A DNA stretch of 64,000 nucleotides, taken from Scyliorhinus canicula. Lineage: Eukaryota. A program made the position numbers and the translations under genes. The notes under the pieces are model-generated. The model did not search any database, was not told the DNA's origin, and saw only the letters and a list, made by a program, of their open reading frames with translations. This document shows positions 62,101-64,000 of the stretch, piece after piece. Each line of letters begins with the position of its first letter. The first letter of the stretch is position 1. Where the stretch lies: the NCBI RefSeq assembly GCF_902713615.1, contig NC_052149.1:127165256-127229255 (forward strand). Reading direction: 5' to 3'.

Positions 62101-63651
62101 CGATCAGCAGGACCATGATGCCAACCTTGCCAAATTTCTCCACACCGCCACTCTCCTCAACCTAACTTATAACAAAGAGAAGTGCGTGTTCAGCACGACT
62201 CGCTTAGCCATCCTCGGCTATGTGGTCCAGAACGGAGTTCTAGGGCCTGATCCCGACCGCATGCGCCCCCTCATGGAACTCCCCCTCCCCGACTGCCCCA
62301 AGGCCCTCAAACGTTGCCTGGGGTTCTTTTCTTACTACGCCCAGTAGGTCCCCAATTATGCAGACAAGGCCTGCCCACTCATCCAATCCACTCTTTTTCC
62401 CAGAACGGCCGAGGCTCACCAGGCCTTCAACCGGATTAAGGATGACATCGCCAAGGCCGCGATGCATGCAGTCAACGAGACGTTACCATTTCAAGTCGAG
62501 AGCGATGCATCAGACGTCGCTCTAGCCGCCACTCTCAACCAGGCAGGCAGGCCCGTGGCATTCTTTTCACGAACCCTTCATGCCTCTGAAATTCAGCATT
62601 CTTCCGTCGAAAAAGAGGCCCAAGCCATCGTTGAAGCTGTCGGCATTGGAGGCATTACCTGGCCGGCAGGAGATTCACTCTGCTCAGTGACCAACGGTCA
62701 GTAGCCTTCATGTTCAACAACACACAGCGGGGCAAGATCAAAATTGATAAAATCTTGAGGTGGAGGATCGAGCTGTTCACCCACAACTACGAGATTTTGT
62801 ATCGCCCCGGTAAGCTCAACGAGCCCCCCGACACCCTATCCCGAGGTACATGTGCCAGCGCACACGTGGACCGACTCTGGACTCTACACGACAACCTTTG
62901 TCACCCGGGAGTCACACATTTGTACCACTTCATCAAGGCCCGCAACCTGCCCTCCTCTGTCGACCCGTTGGTTGAGAGGGTACAGGTACTCCACGCCAAC
63001 CCACAGTACGCCTGTGTAGCGTACCCCGATGGCCGCCAAGATACTGTCTCCCTCAGGGACCTGGCACCAGCTGATTCCACACACACACACACCCCTCCGT
63101 TCCGGCGCCATCCTCCCCTCACCCGGCGCACCCAGCTGCAACCCCTGCCCACGCCCGAGGATGACGAGGATTTCGGCATGCTCCCGGAGTCACCAAGGAC
63201 CAGACCGACACCGGAATCGCTGCCACCACTGCGGCGCTCCCAACGGCAGATCAAGGCTCCGGACCGACTGAACCTGTAACTTGTTCAGGATTCGTAAATC
63301 ACCATATATATATATTCTGTATAATTCTCCTCCACCCCGCTGGACTCAATTTTTTTCCCTGTACGTTAAAACTTCTACTTGTATATAGTTCTCCACCACC
63401 TCCCCCGGACTCAATTTTAACAGGGGGTAGTCACCACTGTTGTATATATTAGGTGATTTGTGGTAAGGCCCTGTACTACAGGTACAGGGGTAGTACCCTG
63501 CCTGCTGGCTCCGCCCAGTAGGCAGAGTATAAATATGGGTGCTCTCCGTACAGCAGCCATTTCGCCAGCTGCTGTAGGAGGCCACACATCTTAGAGTAAT
63601 AAAGCCTCGATTGCATCCAACTCTCATCTTTGTGTAATTGATCGTGCATCA
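56118..63651 (+). mobile_element. Gypsy LTR retrotransposon C
   Basis: 5' LTR 56118-56346; 3' LTR ~63425-63651 (5' end deleted); perfect 5-bp TSD GTTAT; gag ATG 56373; pol ~61560-63279 with an integrase deletion near 62960. Confidence 0.95.
57525..61399 (-). mobile_element. Gypsy LTR retrotransposon D nested in the protease of C
   Basis: 5' LTR 61151-61399; 3' LTR 57525-57783; PPT AGGGGGTGAA; TSD CTGCA/CTACA; gag ATG 61126; RNase H deleted (RT fused to the integrase core near 58880). Confidence 0.95.
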
Positions 63652-64000
63652 GTTATATAACCTCTAACCTGGACTACACTACCAGGATGCCCGGACGTGG
63701 GATTTGTTGCCTCCTCTGACATTCCCCAGGTCCAGGAGGTGAGCTATGGCACACATGTCCCCAACAAACACCAGGGGGTGCCCTTCATCAATAGGCAGGG
63801 GCTCTACTCCCCGAATGTGCAGTTGGCCCCAAACCGACACCGAGGCCTGTTATAACAATGCCGATGCATCCACCAGGAGCCTCATTGAGCGGTGGATCAG
63901 CATTCTGAAGATGTGCTTCCGATGCCTGGATCGGTCAGGTTAGTCCCAGGAGGGTCTCTAACATCGTGCTGGCCGCCTGCTGTGTCCTGCACAACATCAC

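Larger units (their letters stand above)
55900..64000 (+). pseudogene. HARBI1-like Harbinger nuclease remnant, split by Gypsy C (pieces 55900-56117 and 63657-64000)
   Basis: QTSIHRC..VMDALCAR before the insertion; after it GTHV, INRQG..NVQL, TRSLIERWISILKMCFRCLD and CCVLHNI. Confidence 0.8.

Overview
Vertebrate DNA from a cartilaginous fish (inferred from the Ig light-chain sequence and shark-type SINE/LINE tails). The only host-gene content I can support is two unrearranged kappa-type (shark NS4/type III-like) Ig light-chain V-J units on the minus strand. V1-J1 (2330-3322) is intact. V2-J2 (12078-13048) has a single in-frame TGA in V2. Each unit has a leader exon, TATA/octamer/PU.1 promoter, 12-RSS and 23-RSS. 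No constant exon is visible anywhere, including between the units, where nearly all sequence is transposon-derived. The rest is nested mobile DNA: four copies (A-D) of a compact Gypsy lineage with four different LTRs, a Gmr1-type Gypsy (PR-IN-RT order), solo LTRs, L1-clade and CR1/L2 LINEs, tRNA-derived SINEs, PIF/Harbinger fragments and MITEs, and three minisatellites (about 80, 44 and 54 bp). The strongest unexplained signal is in Gypsy A-D. None has a tRNA primer-binding site. Instead, the 12-15 nt starting 1 nt after the 5' LTR are the reverse complement of the LTR segment ending in the poly(A) signal. The sequence differs between families but the pairing and the ~50-nt loop are kept. This points to tRNA-independent self-priming and/or 5'-LTR poly(A) masking. 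All alignments and counts were done by eye; approximate boundaries are flagged.
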